Source: Chrysemys picta bellii
Taxonomy: Eukaryota
Direction of reading: 5' to 3'
Assembly: GCF_011386835.1 (NCBI RefSeq)
Contig: NC_088812.1
Coordinates: forward strand, 11,842,001 to 11,906,000
Length of the DNA: 64,000 bases
Positions 63,600-64,000 of the stretch are shown here, one piece after another; position 1 is the first letter of the stretch; each line of letters begins with the position of its first letter. Below the pieces are notes generated by a model. It was not told where the DNA came from. It worked only from the letters and a program-made list of their open reading frames with translations, and ran no database searches. Made by a program: the position numbers and the translations under genes.

Positions 63600-64000
63600 A
63601 CCCAGAGACACCCTCCTCCCCTGCTCCCTTCGCTCGCTCCCCCAACGCCCCGCTGCTCCCTCCCCGCCCGGCCCAGCCCCAGCCCCAGCTCCGCTCTCGC
63701 CTTCTCCCGCCGCTCAGCCGCTCCGCTCCATGTGCCGGTCCCTGCAGCCCCTGTTCGCTCCCCGTGCCGGGGTTCAGCCCGCTCTCCCGCTGGGCGAGCT
63801 GGTTCTCCGCACCCTCCCCCGGCTCCGCGGGCGGGCTCCAGCCCCCGCTCCGCGCTCCCCCGGCTCCTGCTGGGATCCGAGGGTCACACTGCGCTGCAGA
63901 GCCGCGCTCAAGTTTTTCTTGGATCTGGGGAGACTCAGCCACTCCCTGAGCCGCCTGCCTGCGCCCAGTCGGCCCGGCAGCCTGCCGCCCTCATGGGCTG
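63600..64000. promoter_or_regulatory. CpG-rich island, probably a promoter or 5' exon of SUOX or of a neighbouring gene
   Basis: High CpG density. Ends with ccgccctcATGGGCTG on +, a possible start codon cut by the window edge. Confidence 0.35.

Overview
This is a GC-rich vertebrate genomic window, most likely from a turtle. That inference rests on the CR1, Penelope-like and CORE-SINE repeat families and on the gene set of human 12q13. Five protein-coding genes can be rebuilt exon by exon with GT-AG boundaries and consistent phase: the 3' end of CCDC65/DRC2 (+), complete FKBP11 (-), complete ARF3 (-), the last two exons of WNT10B (-, cut by a 500-N gap) and the complete SUOX CDS (-). Between FKBP11 and ARF3 lies a very young, full-length Gmr1-type Ty3/gypsy LTR retrotransposon (11157-16883). 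It has 418-bp LTRs differing at 2 positions, a CCTGG TSD, a tRNA-Leu PBS, a PPT and a single gag(SAP/SCAN/CCHC)-PR-IN-RT-RH ORF with one late frameshift. It is inserted into a tandem array built from the tRNA-like head of a MIR/CORE-SINE, and similar arrays recur at least seven times across the window. Other elements are a hAT-type MITE with 8-bp TSD, several 5'-truncated CR1 copies, two Penelope-like inserts with target duplications and many GC-rich minisatellites. Right of the first gap the sequence turns AT-rich and appears to belong to another locus, with an unidentified CpG-island promoter at about 49.6-50.3 kb carrying a dense ATCGAT cluster. Most long ORFs in the track are artefacts of tandem repeats and high GC. 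No database searches were run; family and gene names come from recognised motifs.
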